A DNA stretch of 64,000 nt from Saccostrea cucullata (GCF_032062105.1 NW_026929448.1:310001-374000); one strand, 5' to 3'. Counted from the stretch's first letter, positions 1 through 14,400 are shown. Made by a program: numbers and translations. The notes: generated by a model not told the origin, from the sequence alone.

Positions 1-278
1 TTAGTGGTTTTGGCCCCACCCCTCAGACCCCAGGGGGGCAGGGATCATGAAATTCACAATTGTTGTTCCCCTTCAGCCATAGATGCTTTGTGCCAAATTT
101 GGTTGGAATTGGATTTGTGGTTGCAGAGAAGAAGCCGAAAATGTTCAAATGTTAACGCACGACGCACGCCGACGGACGAAAACGGATAGCAAAAATTTAC
201 AAAAAGGCAGACGGACGGACGCCCGACAAAATGTGACCAAAAAATCCCACTAGATGTTTCAGCTCATGTATGCTAAAA
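1..278 (+). mobile_element. 3' end of a Helentron/HINE-type non-autonomous element (satellite unit plus GACG microsatellite tails)
   Basis: Closely matches the final part of 49042-50854; GACGGACG tracts; degenerate terminal hairpin near 260-277. Confidence 0.6.
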
Positions 279-288
279 TATTACAGCT

Positions 289-1268
289 CGCGGGTATGTT
301 AAGGCAGCACATGGACCAGGATTAAGACTTTTTTATAATTAGGTTACACTAATAAATCGGAAAAGTCAAGCATAAAACTTTTGTTATAATTATGCATTCT
401 ATAGACTTCAATGGGACTTATACTACATGAAGCACTTCACCATGACGTCACGACGTGACGTCTATAATTAGAAAATATGCCTTAATGAAAAAGTGAAAAG
501 TTCAACACTACCCCGGGGATAATTAATTTCAATTTGTAATAATAATTATGTAAAAACATCTCAGTATCATGAAAAGTGCTGCTAGAATCCTACTGTCCTA
601 TCACAGAAATAATTATTCAACACTTTCTGACGAAACCTTTCCAAAATTTTTACATTTTGTTCATAACATCGAAAAAATGCATTAATTCCCGTAAACCATA
701 CGATTCTAGCAGCACTGTTCAAATACAATAGAATAAGAACTTTAGATAGAAACAAAAATTAAGTTTCAAAGTGTGCGGCTTAGTGTTGAACTTTTGAATC
801 TTATTTGTTACGAACGACAGAGGAAAGGCTGATCGGCAAGTAAACACCCTTCCTGCTTTAATTTTACGAAGAAATTGTTGAAGTATATTACCATACCTTA
901 TTCATACGCTTTAATCCCACATGAATCACACATGATATTCATTCTAAATGCTTTTAAACTCCGATTTCCTGTGTTTGTTTACATTAATTCTCGTTACGTT
1001 TCACTTTCACTCTGCTACTGCATGATCAACAGTTATGACGTCACGGGTTTGGTATTTAACCCCTGTGATAACTACAGAGACCCAGAAACGACAAAATTCT
1101 GTTTGTATAATGCCTCTGCATATTTTGATTAATTTTTACGACCTCAAATCAATCTTAGATATCGATTATAAGAAATTGTTATCTCTAAACTTCACGTCAT
1201 ATAGCTTACTATGACGTCATATCATATAGGCAAGTAGAATATTTGGTTGTAACCTTAACCTACCTGCG
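289..1268. mobile_element. Non-autonomous TIR element with CGC termini, probably related to the ISL2EU-type element at 30319-36012
   Basis: Left end CGCGGGTATGTTAAGG; right end reverse complement CGCAGGTAGGTTAAGG; CT on both flanks (287-288, 1269-1270); internal inverted repeats and TGACGTCA motifs. Confidence 0.55.
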
Positions 1269-1429
1269 CTGTGGTTTATATTGACTCTGTAACAAGTGGG
1301 GGAAATCCTACTCTGAGAAAGACAAAGGGGGAAATTTGGCACTGGTGTGAGATTTTCCCTAAGGGGGAAATTCTACTCTAGAGTACGATTTCCGGGGGGA
1401 AAGCAGGCTATGGGGGAAATCCTACTCTA

Positions 1430-1650
1430 TAACACTGGTATATAGTATAAATGCATATTTTCTTTGTTCCTCTGATCTGCATCTGAGTATTAAGTTATCA
1501 AGTCAACAAGCTAAGTGTATATTTATGATTAACAATGATGCCTCTTTCAAAGTTGTGAATTTCATAAGTTTAAAACACGAACCAAATTTAATAGTTAGAG
1601 GTTGTTGCATAATACCTTGGTGACCTATAAGGCCCGCAGGCCTTTTGTTT
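1430..1650 (-). mobile_element. 5' fragment of a Helentron/HINE-type element
   Basis: GGTGACCTATAAGGCCCGCAGGCCTTTTGT is the reverse complement of the start motif of 49042-50854; adjacent sequence also aligns. Confidence 0.55.
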
Positions 1651-2141
1651 TTCGATATAATGGATGTTTATGAAAAACATTTTTACATGTCATAAAAGTA
1701 TAAAGACCTCAAAATTTAAAATTGAAAACTAAAACACAACAAAACAAAAAAAGAGAATATATTGGTTTCTCTTATTTTTCAACCCCATTCAACAAGTTTA
1801 GAACATACAGAATAAATGTAATATGATAAAACTGCAATATTTTTGATGATTCATCAAATATTAAAATTCGTGATTCAGATCAATAGTAATAGTAAATGAT
1901 TACAATTAATCATTTCTATAACTGGTTTACGAGTCTTCTAGAAATTATAACAAATAACGCCAAGTTAATTAATTGGTTCTCAGGTTTTTTTCCTCCCTAG
2001 AAATATGATGAGAAAGGGAGGCATTTATTTATTGCCACCAAAATATGATGGGGCAGCTTTTTTCATTGTTCAAAACCTCAAAAAATTAACATAATTTAAG
2101 CATTGAAATTCAGGGCTTTTTTGTTGGTTTGCTGGACCCCC

Positions 2142-2592
2142 CAATCTGATTAAAATCAGATTCTTTGATCCACTCACATACATGTAGATCGCTACACACG
2201 GAGGTCATCTAGATCTCCTGGTGAACTTTTCTAATAACAATATTCATTAAAATTTTGACCAATCAGAGATATCGTATTTAAATGATGTTTGTTTCGTACC
2301 ATGTACCAAACAAAGAGCTAAAACCCAAGACAAAAGCAAGAACTTATTATATTTCTGTGCAGAAAAGACTGTAGTCGTTATCTTGGCAGGCTACAGAAAC
2401 TAAGTCACGATTTTCCGTTTGTGTGTCATTGGGGCTTTTACTTCTGCAACTGAATTCCGAGATACTTCTAATTTCTTGGAAGTAAACGTTTGATTGGATA
2501 ATTGAGAGGTCACCAGGAGATGACCCTGAATGGGGTTTCTTCAGATCCTTGTGTAGCAATCTATGTGAGCGGATCTGATTTTAATCAGATTG
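2142..2592. mobile_element. MITE with CAATCTGATTAAAATCAGAT terminal inverted repeats
   Basis: 20-bp perfect TIR plus subterminal inverted similarity; imperfect 8-bp flanks GGACCCCC / CTACCCCC. Confidence 0.7.
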
Positions 2593-4479
2593 CTACCCCC
2601 CCCCCCCTTTTAGGAAAGTGCTTCTGACACCTATGCGATTTCATCACTTTTCTCTGTCTTACATAAACCAAAAAAAAGAGAAATACATGTAATACCGTAT
2701 AATACCTATAAACGGCCCCTGGAGCTTAAAAATTACAAAAAAAGGGGGGGTTTTGGTATCCTTTTCCAAATATTTAATGTAATATTTTAAATTTAACTTC
2801 GACAAATCTTTTGAAAAAAAAAATAAATTCAAAGAAGCATTAAACATTAAACGAATGTCTAACTTTACTTACTGTGAGCATAATCAACCAAAAGTATGCT
2901 AAATGATTCATTTCCCACCGAGAAACTGGAAAATAGACAAGTTTAAATATTTCCACTTTCTAGAAGTTTTGGCAGACTTTGATAAGTTTCTAGATGATTT
3001 TTATCACTGTACAGGGGGGCTCTTATTTACAGACATTAAAAAAGACCTACAGGGGCGCTTATAGGGACAGGGGCGGTTAATAGGGATTATACGGTATGTG
3101 GTATTAAAAATGCAACAAAAAAAGAAAAAAAAGAAATGAACAAAATAAATAATAATAAAATAAAGTAGAAAAGAATTATTTTTGATAGTAATTGTACTCA
3201 CAAATACTGTGAAATCACAATTTTTTGTGAGGGTTTAATTTTCATTGTTTTCAAGGTATGAAGTGTCCCAGAAATTTATGTCCACCATGAAATGTTAAAT
3301 GTTAAGTGCATACCACTCAACATTTTTTTCATCTAAGAATTCAAATCACCATAACTAAGAATTTTTTTACTCCACAAATTTATGTGATTCTACTGAAGTT
3401 TATGAACACCATATCTTTTCCAGATCATCTTAGCTTTACACAAACACAGACTCATGTAAATAATAAAAGCAAGTAATCAATAAATGATCAAATTAACCCA
3501 AAGTCCAACAGCCAAAAAAAGAGGAAGAAATAAAGGGCTACTTGTATAGTATTTTAAATTCTCAACTACTGTAAATCATGGATAGATCAAACACTCGAGT
3601 AATTCATGTTTACAACAAACTTAAGACAATAACGTTTACAACTATTTAAGTTTTAAACTAAAAAGGAAATTTAAAAAATTTTAACAAGGACGAAGAATTC
3701 AACAGCAAGTCTTCGAAAACATACACTCCAACTTCTCTGTCTAATGTGCCCTTTTTACACCCAAGTTGTGTTATCAAGAAAAAGTACATAAAAATTTAAG
3801 TTAAAAGGAGTACCAAAAAAGTAGTGTAATCATTTTTCTTGGAAGGGGGGGGGGTAAAAATTACCATGTGAAAAGACATCTATCAGAATTGTATATCATT
3901 AATTTTTTTTCCTAAAGGTGTGTGTAATTCTCATACACAGTAACAAACGTGTAAACTCTTGCTAAAATCTCTTTCTATACAAAAAATAAATGTGTAATAC
4001 TGCACATATAAAACACGTTTTGGCAAGAAAAAAAATAATCTTTCATAAAGCAATTTGAATTTCAAGATGATAAAAATAAATATTTCATTTTCTCCCACTC
4101 TTTCACATTTCCAAAATAAATCCCCAAAAAGTCACACATTTAGACGTTCTATCAAAGATCTTATCATGAGAAAAAATATAAAATATCGGGGACTAGTAAA
4201 AGACATATCACAATGAGAGATAATCTGGTCTCCCTCCCCTGCTCTACCACTTTGAGATCTTGAGGACGTCATGCACATCGTTCCGGAACACGGGACTGAA
4301 ATGAGACTCGGGTCGGTCTCGTAACTTGGTACACGCCTGGACGGTTTCGTGTCGTTTCGATGCGAACTTTCAAGGCCGAACACCTTCTAGTTCATTGCGC
4401 GTCACAACATAGCAATACGGCGGCCCGTTCGTGTAATAAATGGAAATTTACTTGGAATTTATTTCTCTCAAATGTAAAT

Positions 4480-4632
4480 ATAAGAAACAATGTAAAAAAG
4501 TTCACTGGGAAATGACCTTAGTTGGTACGTGATCAAATCTACTGAGAAGAAGCCCTTAGGGCTTCAGAGGATTAAATCACATGACCAACAAAGTTCATTT
4601 CCCAGAAAACTTTATAACAGTGTTGCTTATTT
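4480..4632. repeat. Imperfect ~150-bp palindrome, probably a transposon remnant
   Basis: Arms centred on GAAGCCCTTAGGGCTTC; CTGGGAAATGA pairs with TCATTTCCCAG. Confidence 0.55.
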
Positions 4633-4929
4633 CTTAAATGAATTATTTACCGCAGATATTTTGAAAAATCAAATTTTGTTTCCTCTGTTCATCAAGGATT
4701 GATAAATGTAACTCTTCGAAAAATTTTAACTGCAAAATGGCCGTATCTTACATGTAATCAGACTTCTGATTTTGTTTCCTTTCACCTTTATCGTTGTCTA
4801 GCAATGTGTTCCTTACTTGTTTAAAATTTATTAAAATCGTTCCAAATTCCTTCATTATACATTAAATACCTTAATAAGAAAAGTTTCATTTTACCTTAAT
4901 GAAATATGTTCGTTTCTAAATTAAAGTAT

Positions 4930-5268
4930 TAGGTCATGTGCAATCTTTGTGTGAAATTAGAACCTACCAAGTTTATCCATCAGAAAGATATGGACCAGAC
5001 ACAAATTATGAAATTTTTCTTCAAGTGACCTTAAACTTCCCAAATGACCTTGGTTCAAGGTCATTAACACCCTTAGGCCATGGGAAATCTTCGTGTGAAA
5101 TTAGAACCTACCAAGTTTATCCATAATAAAGAAATGGACCGAAAAAAAATTAGGAATTTTTTCTTCCAGTGACCTCGATCTTCCCTAAATGCCTAGGCAG
5201 ACGGACACACGGACAAGGTGATTCCTATAAACCCCCCCCCCCCAAACTTCGTTTGCAAGGGGGTATAA
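4930..5268 (+). mobile_element. 3' part of a Helentron/HINE-type element
   Basis: Two ~125-bp tandem units (GAAATTAGAACCTACCAAGTTTATCCAT), GACGGAC tail, terminal CCCCC...GGGGGTATAA hairpin. Confidence 0.55.
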
Positions 5269-5438
5269 TTACCATGTGCATGCATTAAACAACCTGCACG
5301 CATTGAATTGTTGTAGGGAAGGTGAAATGCATGAAGAAAACATATGGTTAGACTGGGAATCAAACCTGGGACCCCTGCATCAAGAGTCAGGTGCTCTAAC
5401 CAATAACCACAGAGCTATCTGATATCCACGGTACCTAA

Positions 5439-7068
5439 AGCCCAAACTTCTACATTCCTCCCTCATTAAACAGTCTTCAACCTCAAAGACACAAGTTCTA
5501 GGGCCCTGCCAGGAATTACTTATTTACTCATACACTGTAACCTGAACAAGGCCCACTCCCTGGCTACCTATCCTAATGTAGTAGGAAAGGAGAAATGCTT
5601 GAAAAAATGATATGACTGGACCAGGAATCGAACCCGGGAGTGGCATGGACCCCGCATAACTAGTCAGGTGCTCTAACCACTGAGCTAATAGGCTAATATC
5701 CATGGTCCGTAAAGCCCAAACTTCTATAGCATAAACAAACCTGATATTCTTATCCCAACTGACAAAATATGAAGTGATAGACAAGACACTCGGAAAAATC
5801 AGAAAAATGTGAAAATTTTAGGTCATTTTGCTTTCCCGATCGGGAACATCTGCGTTACAAAATATATGATACATTTATAGTAATGAACATTTTTTTATCA
5901 GGACTGGCAGACTTGGGGGATATAGGGCTCGCTACTTTTAATAGAAGACCGCATTGTGACTGGCTACCATTTTCAATGAGTTTCCAACCCTGTATACAGG
6001 TGTGAATCATGATGTGTTTTGCAATACATACTAGATCATGAGTGGATGTACACAATTCTAGTCTTTCCAAGGCCAAAAACATACTAAATCAAGACGTACA
6101 ACTTACAATTCTAACCTGCCTGCATCAAGACATTCTACATCAAGAGGGAGAACGTACAATCAGACTAAATCAAGAGCAGATGAACAAAATCTAACCTGCC
6201 TGCAGCCAGACATACTAAATGAAGAGCAGACTACAAAATCTAACCTGCCTGTAGCCCAAACTTCTACATTCCTCCCTCATTAAACAGTCTTCAACCTCAA
6301 AGACACAAGTTCTAGGGCCCTGCCAGGAATTACTTATTTACTCATACACTGTGACCTGAACAAGGCCCACTCCCTGGCTACCTATCCTAATGTAGTAGGA
6401 AAGGAGAAAATCTTGAGAAAATGATATGACTGGACCAGGAATCGAACCCGGGAGTGGCATGGACCCCGCATAACTAGTCAGGTGCTCTAACCACTGAGCT
6501 AATAGGCTAATATCCATGGTCCGTAAAGCCCAAACTTCTATAGCATAAACAAACCTGATATTCTTATCCCAACTGACAAAATATGAAGTGATAGACAAGA
6601 CACTCGGAAAAATCAGAAAAATGTGAAAATTTTAGGTCATTTTGCTTTCCCGATCGGGAACATCTGCGTTACAAAATATATGATACATTTATAGTAATGA
6701 ACATTTTTATCAGGACTGGCAGATTTGGAGGATATAGGGCTCGCTACTTTTAATAGAAGACCGCATTGTGACTGGCTACCATTTTCAATGAGTTTCCAAC
6801 CCTGTGTACAGGTGTGAATCATGATGTGTTTTGCAATACATACTGAATCATGAGTGGATGTACACAATTCTAGTCTTTCCAAGGCCAAAAACATACTAAA
6901 TCAAGACGTACAACTTACAATTCTAACCTGCCTGCATCAAGAAATTCTACATCAAGAGGGAAAACGTACAATCAGACTAAATCAAGAGCAGATGAACAAA
7001 ATCTAACCTGCCTGCAGCCAGACATACTAAATTAAGAAAGAGAACGTAAAAAATCTAACCCGCCTGTA
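5439..7068. repeat. Near-identical tandem duplication, two units of about 814 bp
   Basis: AGCCCAAACTTCTACATTCCTCCCTC at 5439 and 6253; duplicated short ORFs in the track; ~50-bp subrepeats at the unit ends. Confidence 0.9.
5613..5694 (-). repeat. tRNA-derived (Thr-like) SINE-type head; second copy 6427-6508, degenerate copy about 5345-5420
   Basis: Minus strand has A box TAGCTCAGTGG, loop CTAGTTA and B box GGTTCGATTCC; acceptor stem poor and variable region expanded, so not a functional tRNA. Confidence 0.6.
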
Positions 7069-10000
7069 GCCAGACACACTAAATCAAGAGCATGCAGACG
7101 TACAAATTCTAAACTGATCACAGGCTCCGACGTTCTAAACCATAATTGGCCAATATAAATTTTACATGTAGTCCTCATCTGCCCCTTTTAGTCTTTAGCA
7201 AGTACAACTTTTGCAGATAGGAATGTTTTGAAAAGGTATTACTAGATTTTTCATTATTTCCAACCTAAATTCAAGGCATAATTCCTTCAGGCAACATGGA
7301 ACATAGAATATACAAAAAGCCAATTAAAACTGCAACCGACCCCCTGAATAAGTATTTGCGATCGCTCTAATAGTCCACCTTTAACATATTACATGTAATT
7401 ACAATTCTAGGCCTACTGCTTAATGCTTAAAATCAGTGTTTAATTACAGGTTCCATACTCAAGGAAGCCAACAAGAAAAAGCTAAAAATAATTCGCTTAG
7501 AAATGTAGGTTTGTTTTTATGACGAGGAAACGTGGGAACTCGGAGATATATTGCCTCAAAAATCCTTGTGGATGAAATATTCATTTTTGCAAACAAAGGA
7601 AGACATACACTGTACCATATAATTAACTTAGTATTATTAAACATCCATCTTTTTCGAGACAAAAAATATAGGTCACCAATTCAAATCCTTTTTTAGTTAT
7701 TATCTACAGCTGGCCACAAAAAACACAAATGTAATGTTTAGCGGAATCCCCCTTCTTTGACCTCATGTATTTTTCTTACCTCACCCCCTCGGGAACTTTG
7801 ACATTGACCATTAAATTACATGTTAAATGTATCAAAATAAAAGTACATTAATTTTCAAAATAGCTCAGCATCTCCGGTTTAACAACGGGGTAGCATACAT
7901 AATCATATAAAGTCATATATACATATGTATATCTAATTCCTATATTGTATACAATGCTGCATATTTAAAATGACTGATTTTGCAATAAAAAAAAATGCAT
8001 GAATAACAATGAGCATATATATCATTAATGACATTGTATGTCTTTCCTTCTCAATCAATGTTTTTTTCTTAATGCTAATTGTAATAAAAATATAGTTATA
8101 TACCTCTTACTTTAAAGAGAATATAAAGCATTTTTTAATCTCTATTATATAAGATAATGTTTAAGATGTATATTTATGCATACAGTTCGTGTTTCATTGT
8201 TATACAGATATTTGGTTACACTAAAATACAAGGAAGAAAATACATTTGTTTAACCGCTAATGACCTTTACTATCATGTATGAATTATTTGAAGAGATTTC
8301 CCCGGTCTAACATTTAACTTTTCCTTTTTTTGTTAGAAATGCAATCTGATGTGAATTCAACGAGGAAATATTTAGAGTGTGCAATGAAAACAAAACGTTA
8401 TTATATAATAAACTCTTAAAAATTTTGACATTCATTTAGAAATATTTTTCCAAAAATTTATTTATCTTTTCTATATACCCGGTATTTACGTATTTATTTT
8501 TCTATTTTAAAGTCTTATATGGGGAGAAGACAAAATGATTAAAATCCATACCTTTGTACAATATATATCTCTATTTCAATTGATAGTTCTTAAGTTTTTA
8601 TTTTATTTTTTCTTTAATTGTATTTTCCATCGTATGTATCAAAATTTTTTTTTTCATAATAATGAAATAGACAAGGGAATTTAACATCATTGCCAACCCT
8701 TCTTAAACACAAATATGTTGAAATTAGAATAATTTTTTCTCCCTTTTATTGCACTCCTTATACTGTATGAGAATAGGTTTTCAGTTTAATTGAATAACAG
8801 TGTCTCAAATTAAAAAAAAAAAAACAACAAATGCTTCTCTTATAAATATTAAATAAATAATACTCAAAATTCAAAAATGACCAAAAAAAAATAGACAAAA
8901 AAAAAACGGAAAAAACAAATGCAAAGGAGGGTAAAGTGGCTTCAATAGCAAAAGAATATAACAATGCATTCCGTGCCTTTACTTTTCTGATTAACCAATG
9001 CAAGACATCATAATGAAAATTACTTCAATTCATTGTAAACTTGAGAAATATCGGGGAGAATATTTTCAATTATGAACCGTGAGATACAGATTAAGAAATG
9101 AAGTTGATTTATACTCAAATAAGTTGGTAAGTCGAAGTTGAAATGAGTTTATTGTTATTATTCAGGAAAATTATGACTTTTCCACACACATTTCGGATAT
9201 ACAAGGACGTAATAATTTTATATTTTAAATGATAGTAGTTGCCTTCATTAGCCGTGTCGATGGAATTCATTTGCAACACGGAAAAAATTGTGATACTAAC
9301 ATGATACATGTATATCATAAGAAGTCTGTTTATATCTATCTGAGAAAAACCTCATGATAAGTGATAACGTTTATGATACATAAGTTTGTTAGGCATGTAC
9401 CTCGTGTTTCATTTGTTATACCGGTATTTGGCATTGTTTGAAGCACTAAAATACAAGGAAGAAAATACATCTGTTTAACTCCTCCAGAACTTTACTATCA
9501 TGTATGGATCATTTTAAAAAAAATTTCCCGGTCTAAAATTTAATATTTTCTTTTTTTGTAAGAAATGCAATCTGATGTGAATTCAACGAGGAAATGTATA
9601 GAGTGTGCTATGAAAACAAAACGTTATTATATATTAATCTCTTTCAAATTTTGGAATTGATTTAGATATATTTTTTCCAAAAATTAATTTATTTATCTTT
9701 TCTATATATCTGGTATTTACTTATCTATTTTTCTAAAAATCCTTTATGGGGAGAAGACAATATGATGAAAATACATATATTTGTACGATATATATCGATT
9801 TCAATTGATAGTTCTTGAGTTTTAATTTTGTATGTTCTTTAATGGTATTTTCCATCGTATGTATCAAAAGTTTTTTTTCTTTAATAATGGAATAGACAAG
9901 GGATTTTAATATCATTGCCAGCCCTTCTTAAACACAAAACTGTTGAAATAAGTATAATTTGTTCTCCCTTTTGTTGCACTCCTAATACCGTATCAGAATA

Positions 10001-10426
10001 GGTTTTTCGGTTTCATTTAATAACAGTGTCTCAGAATTAAAAAAAACTAATTTTTTTCCTATCAATTTTAAATAAACAAAAATTCAAAATTGACCAAAAA
10101 AAAAAAAAAAGAAAGAAAAAAAAACGGAAAAAACAAATGCAAAGGCGGGTAAGATGGCTTCAATAGCAAATGAACATCACAGTGCTTTCTGTACCTTTAC
10201 TTGTCTGGTCTACCAATTCAAGACATCATTATGAAAATGACGTCAATTCACTGTAAATTTGAGAAATATCCGGGGAGAATATTTTGAATTATGAACCGTA
10301 AGATACAGATTAAGAAATGAAGTAGAAATCATACTCAAATGAGTTGGTAAGTCGAATGTCTCATTAAACGAGTTTATTGTTATTATTAAGCAAAATTATG
10401 ACTTTTCCACGCACATTTCGGATATA

Positions 10427-11463
10427 CGAGGGGTAATCCAAAAGTTTTTGGAATGTGGCTGTAAAATTAGCACTATGTAGTCTGTGCTTTCAAAATTTAT
10501 ATGGAACATAAAACAATAAAAAATAAAGAACTGTTGAAAATTTTAGCCTGATACGTTCATTATTTTCAAAATTATTATAAAATGAAAACGACAATATATG
10601 ATCACCCGGCGCTGTCGTCGTTTATTTTCAGGACGTCCGATAACGTCATTGGTTTTTGATTGTCCGCTTCTTCTACCTCATACACTTTCTTGATGAGAAA
10701 CCCTGGAGCTGAGTAAGGACTTATGAACAGTGGCCTTCATTGAATATAATATTCCAAATGGATTAATATAATGGGAGAGATCCTCACTTGATTGTGCCAG
10801 CATATTTTGCTTTTTGGAGTTCAATATCTACAACGCATGATCAACGTCATTTTTTGACCTGATTGATTTTACAAACCTTGACAGCACATCGACATTAACT
10901 GTGTATCCCTTTTCTCTCTGAATCTATTTTGACATTAAAAGACAAGAACTCTGGATGCATTTTATTTCTCTGTAGCCAGTTTCAACATTTTTTAAGTATA
11001 TACCAGTTTTTTTCAGGGGCAAAACATTTATAGAATGTTGGAAACGGAAACCCCTCCCCCCTTTTGACGTCATTTTCAAAGCCTTATTTATTTGGACATT
11101 CCGTGTAAAATTTGCGAAAAAATTTCATAGAACTTCCAGAATGAAGTGAAAATTATGTATTTTATGGAACAATTGTTTCCAGACACATATCTGTTTAAAC
11201 GGGATTTTTTTATGTCAAATGACCATATCAAAAGAGTTTTTCTCAGTTACACATAGGTCGCAAAAACGTCGTGTTCGAGGTTGCGCCGCCTATACATACC
11301 ACTGCTTACAAAAACATCACTGATTTATTAAAAAATAAAATTTTGATTTTTTATTCTTTAGATAGAACAGATGATGCTTTCTAGATATTTTGTAATTCAT
11401 TGATGTGCTTAAAGCGGTTTTAATTTTATGATGCTTGTCCACGAACTTTTTGATAACCCCTCG
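10427..11463. mobile_element. Non-autonomous Tc1/mariner-type element inserted in array unit 2
   Basis: TIR CGAGGGGTAATCCAAAAGTT versus CGAGGGGTTATCAAAAAGTT; TA TSD; empty site (CGGATATACACGG) visible in sister units. Confidence 0.85.
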
Positions 11464-14400
11464 TATATGGACGTGATAATTATATATTTTAAATGATAGT
11501 AGTTGCCTCATTTAGCCATGTCGATGGAATTTATGCACAACACGGAAAAAATTGTGATACTAACGTGATACATGTATATCATAAGAAGTCTGTTCATATC
11601 TATCTGAGAGAAACCTCATGATAAGAAATAACGTTTATGATACATAAGTTTGTTATGCATGTACCTCGTGTTTCATTTGTTTTACTGGTATTTGGCATTG
11701 TTTGAAACATTAATATACAAGGAAGAAAATACATTTTTTTTAATACCTCCAGACCTTTACTATCATGTACGGATTATTTTAAAGAGAATTTCCCGGTCTA
11801 ACATTTAATATTTCCTTTTTCTTTTTTTTTTAGAAATGCAATCTGATGTGAATTCAACGAGGAAATATTTGGAGTGTGCTACGAAAACAAAAGGTTATTA
11901 TGTAATAAACTCTTAAAAATTCTGACATTGATTTAGATATATTTTTTCCAAAAATAAATTTATTTATCTTTTCTATATACCTGGTATTTACTTATCTTTT
12001 TTTTTTTAAATCTTATATGGGGAGAAGACAATATGATGAAAATACATACATTTGTACAATATATATCTATTTCAATTCATTGATAGTTCGTGAGTTTTAA
12101 TTGTGTATAGTTTTTAATTGTATTTTCCATCGTATTTATCAAAAAAAAAAATTCATTATAATGAAATGCACAAGGGATTTTAATATCTTGCCAGCCCTTC
12201 TTAAAGATATTTAATTAAGTATAATTATTTTCTCCCTTTTATTGCACTCCTAATATAACCGTGTCTCAAATTTAAAAAATAAAAATAATGTTTCTCTTAA
12301 CAATATAACAAAATAAGAAATGTTTCTCTTAACAATATTTTAAATAATAATAAAAATTTAAAAAAAATTACCAAATAAAAAAAAACGGAAAGGATAAAGT
12401 CAAACGGAGGTAGGATGGATTCAATAGAAAAAGAATCTGACAGTGCATTCTGTGCCTTTAGTTCTCTGATCTACAAATTCAAGACATCATCATGAAAATG
12501 ACGTCAATTCACTGTAAACTTGAGAAATATGCGGGGAGAAGTATTTTGTATTATTCACCGTTAGATACAGATTAAGATATCAAGTAGAAATTGATGTATA
12601 CTATACTTCTTTAGAAGAAGATTTATGATGGAAAAAATCCCCTGCATATTTAATGGTCGAATTACAACAAAATTGGAGCAGAACACTTTGTGTTTCATTT
12701 GTTATAAAAGTACATATGTATTTGGCATTCTCTGCTACACTAGAATATAAGGAAGAAAATATATTAGTTTAACCCCTCATGACCTTTACTATCATGTATT
12801 GATCATTTTTAAGAGAATTCCCCGGTCTAACATTTAATGTTTTCTCTTTTTTTAGAAATGCAGTGTGAAATATTTAAAGTGTGCATGAAAACAAAATTTA
12901 ATTCAACTCTGTCACTAATTTAGATAGTTCGTGAGTTTTAATTTTGTATATTCTTTAATTGTATTTTCCATTGTATGTATCAAAAGTTTTTGTTTTCATA
13001 ATAATGAAATACACAAGGGATTTTAATACCAATGCCAACCCTTCTTAAACACAAAAATGTTGAAATAACTATGATTTTTTCCTCCCATTGTTGCACTCCT
13101 AATACTGTATCAGAATAGGTTTTTCGGTTTAATTTAATAACAGTGTCTCAAAATTAAAAAAAAAAGAACAAAAAAAACCCAAATACTTCTCTTATCAATT
13201 TTAAAGAAATAATGCTCAAAATTCAAAATTGACCAAAAGAAAAATAAAAAAAAAAAAACGGAAAAAACAAATGCAAAGGAGGGTAAGATGGCTTCGATAG
13301 CAAAAGAACTTCACAGTGCTTTCTGCACATTTACTTGTCTGGTCTACCAATTCAAGACATCATAATGAAAATGACGTCAATTTACTGTAAACTTGAGAAA
13401 TAACGGGGAGAATATTTTGAATTATGAACCGTGAGATACAGGTTAAGAAATGAAGTAGAAATTATGCTCAAATAAGTTGGAAAGTGGAATTTCTCATGAA
13501 ATGAGTTTATTGTTATTACTAAGCAAAATTATGACTTTTCCATGTACATTACATACGTGATAATTCTTTATTTTTAATTATAGTAGTTGCCTCCATTAGC
13601 CGTGTCGATGGATTTATGCACAACACGGAAAAAATTGTGATACTAACGTGATACATGTATATCATAAGAAGTCTGTTTATATCTATCTGAGAGAAACCTC
13701 ATGATAAGTAATATCGTTTATGATACATAAGTTTGTTATGCATGTACCTCGTGTTTCATTTGTTATACCTGTATTTGGCATTGTTTGAAGCACTAAAATA
13801 CAAGGAAGAAAATACATCTGTTTAACTCCTCCAGACCTTTACTATCATGTATTGAGCATTTTTAAGAGAATTCCCGGTCTAACATTTAATGTTTTCTTTT
13901 TCTTTTTTTAGAAATGCAATCTGATGTGAATTCAACGAGGAAATATTTAAAGTGTGCAATGAAAACAAAATGTTATTATATAATAAACTCTTTCAAATTT
14001 TGACATTTATTTAGATATATTTTTTTCAAAAAATTAATTTATTTTTTCTATTTACTCGGTATTTACCTATCAATTTTTCAAAAAATCTTATATAGGGAGA
14101 AGACAATATGATGAAAATTCATACATTTGTACGATATATATCTATTTTAATTGATAGTTTGTGAGTTTTAATTGTGTATATTCTTTAATTGTATTTTCTA
14201 TCGTATGTATCTAAAAAAATATTTTTTATAATAATGAAATACACAAGAGATTGTAATGTCTTTCCAGCCCTTCTTAAAGATATTAGTATAATCATTTTCT
14301 CCCTTTATTGCACTCTTAATACTGTATAATGATAGGGTTTTCGGATTAATTTTAAAACAGTGTCTCAAATTCAAAAAAAGAATGTTTCTCTTAACAATAT

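Noticed and set aside
5613-6508. Functional tRNA-Thr genes
   Set aside because: Acceptor stem does not pair well, the variable region is expanded, and the heads sit in a repeat body; better read as SINE-like
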